Positions 63,681-64,000 of a DNA stretch of 64,000 nt are shown here, one piece after another. A program made the position numbers and the translations under genes. How positions within the stretch are numbered: the first letter of the stretch is position 1; every line of letters starts with the position of its first letter. Origin of the DNA: Octopus bimaculoides (Eukaryota); assembly GCF_001194135.2 (NCBI RefSeq), contig NC_068995.1:27847116-27911115 (forward strand), written 5' to 3'. Below the pieces are notes generated by a model. The model ran no database searches. It saw nothing but the letters and a program-made list of their open reading frames with translations, and had not been told where the DNA came from.

Positions 63681-64000
63681 ATATGAACAAATTACTCAAA
63701 TACATGTTAGGATAAGACAAACTGAATAGGAAAGAATGTAATTTTCATCTCTTCTTAATTTTGCAGCAGGTATGGTTTTGTTATTCTCATTATACCCACA
63801 GTTTCTTGTTCACTTCCATTATAATTTTTGTATGATAGTGCGGCTACTACTTCAGTCTAAATTCATTGTTCTTCTTACTGTTAAGCTTAATTAAATGATA
63901 TAAATGTTTTCACATTTTGAATATTCCAGTTCAAAAATGCCATGTTTATTAACAGTTCTAAGTAATTCATTGAAATATCCACATTTTTTAAATCCCTCAG

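Overview
This is AT-rich, repeat-dense animal genomic DNA with several N gaps. Its (AT)n/(CA)n microsatellites, RTE LINEs ending in (GAT)n and SINE families look like an octopus genome; that assignment is inference from repeat content. The only host gene is an internal part of the nucleoporin gene NUP205 on the + strand. Eleven GT-AG exons from 10621 to 53382 (1627 nt, about 542 codons) splice into one open frame; the gene start and end lie outside the window. The introns hold many decayed mobile elements: RTE LINEs, Penelope-like elements (PLEs), a near-full Ty3/Gypsy LTR element, hAT, piggyBac, mariner, a Chapaev3/CMC-like transposon, Helitrons, SINEs and MITEs. The most interesting unexplained structure is a set of four type I hammerhead ribozyme motifs (about 2189, 36222, 39461 and 41578), three of them just upstream of PLE ORF starts. 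Other notable features are a 62-bp double-hairpin tandem array derived from the RTE 3' UTR, with a compensatory base change; a TIR element carrying a SAP domain whose removal restores the hAT reading frame; and a candidate 3-nt microexon or recursive splice site near the window end.
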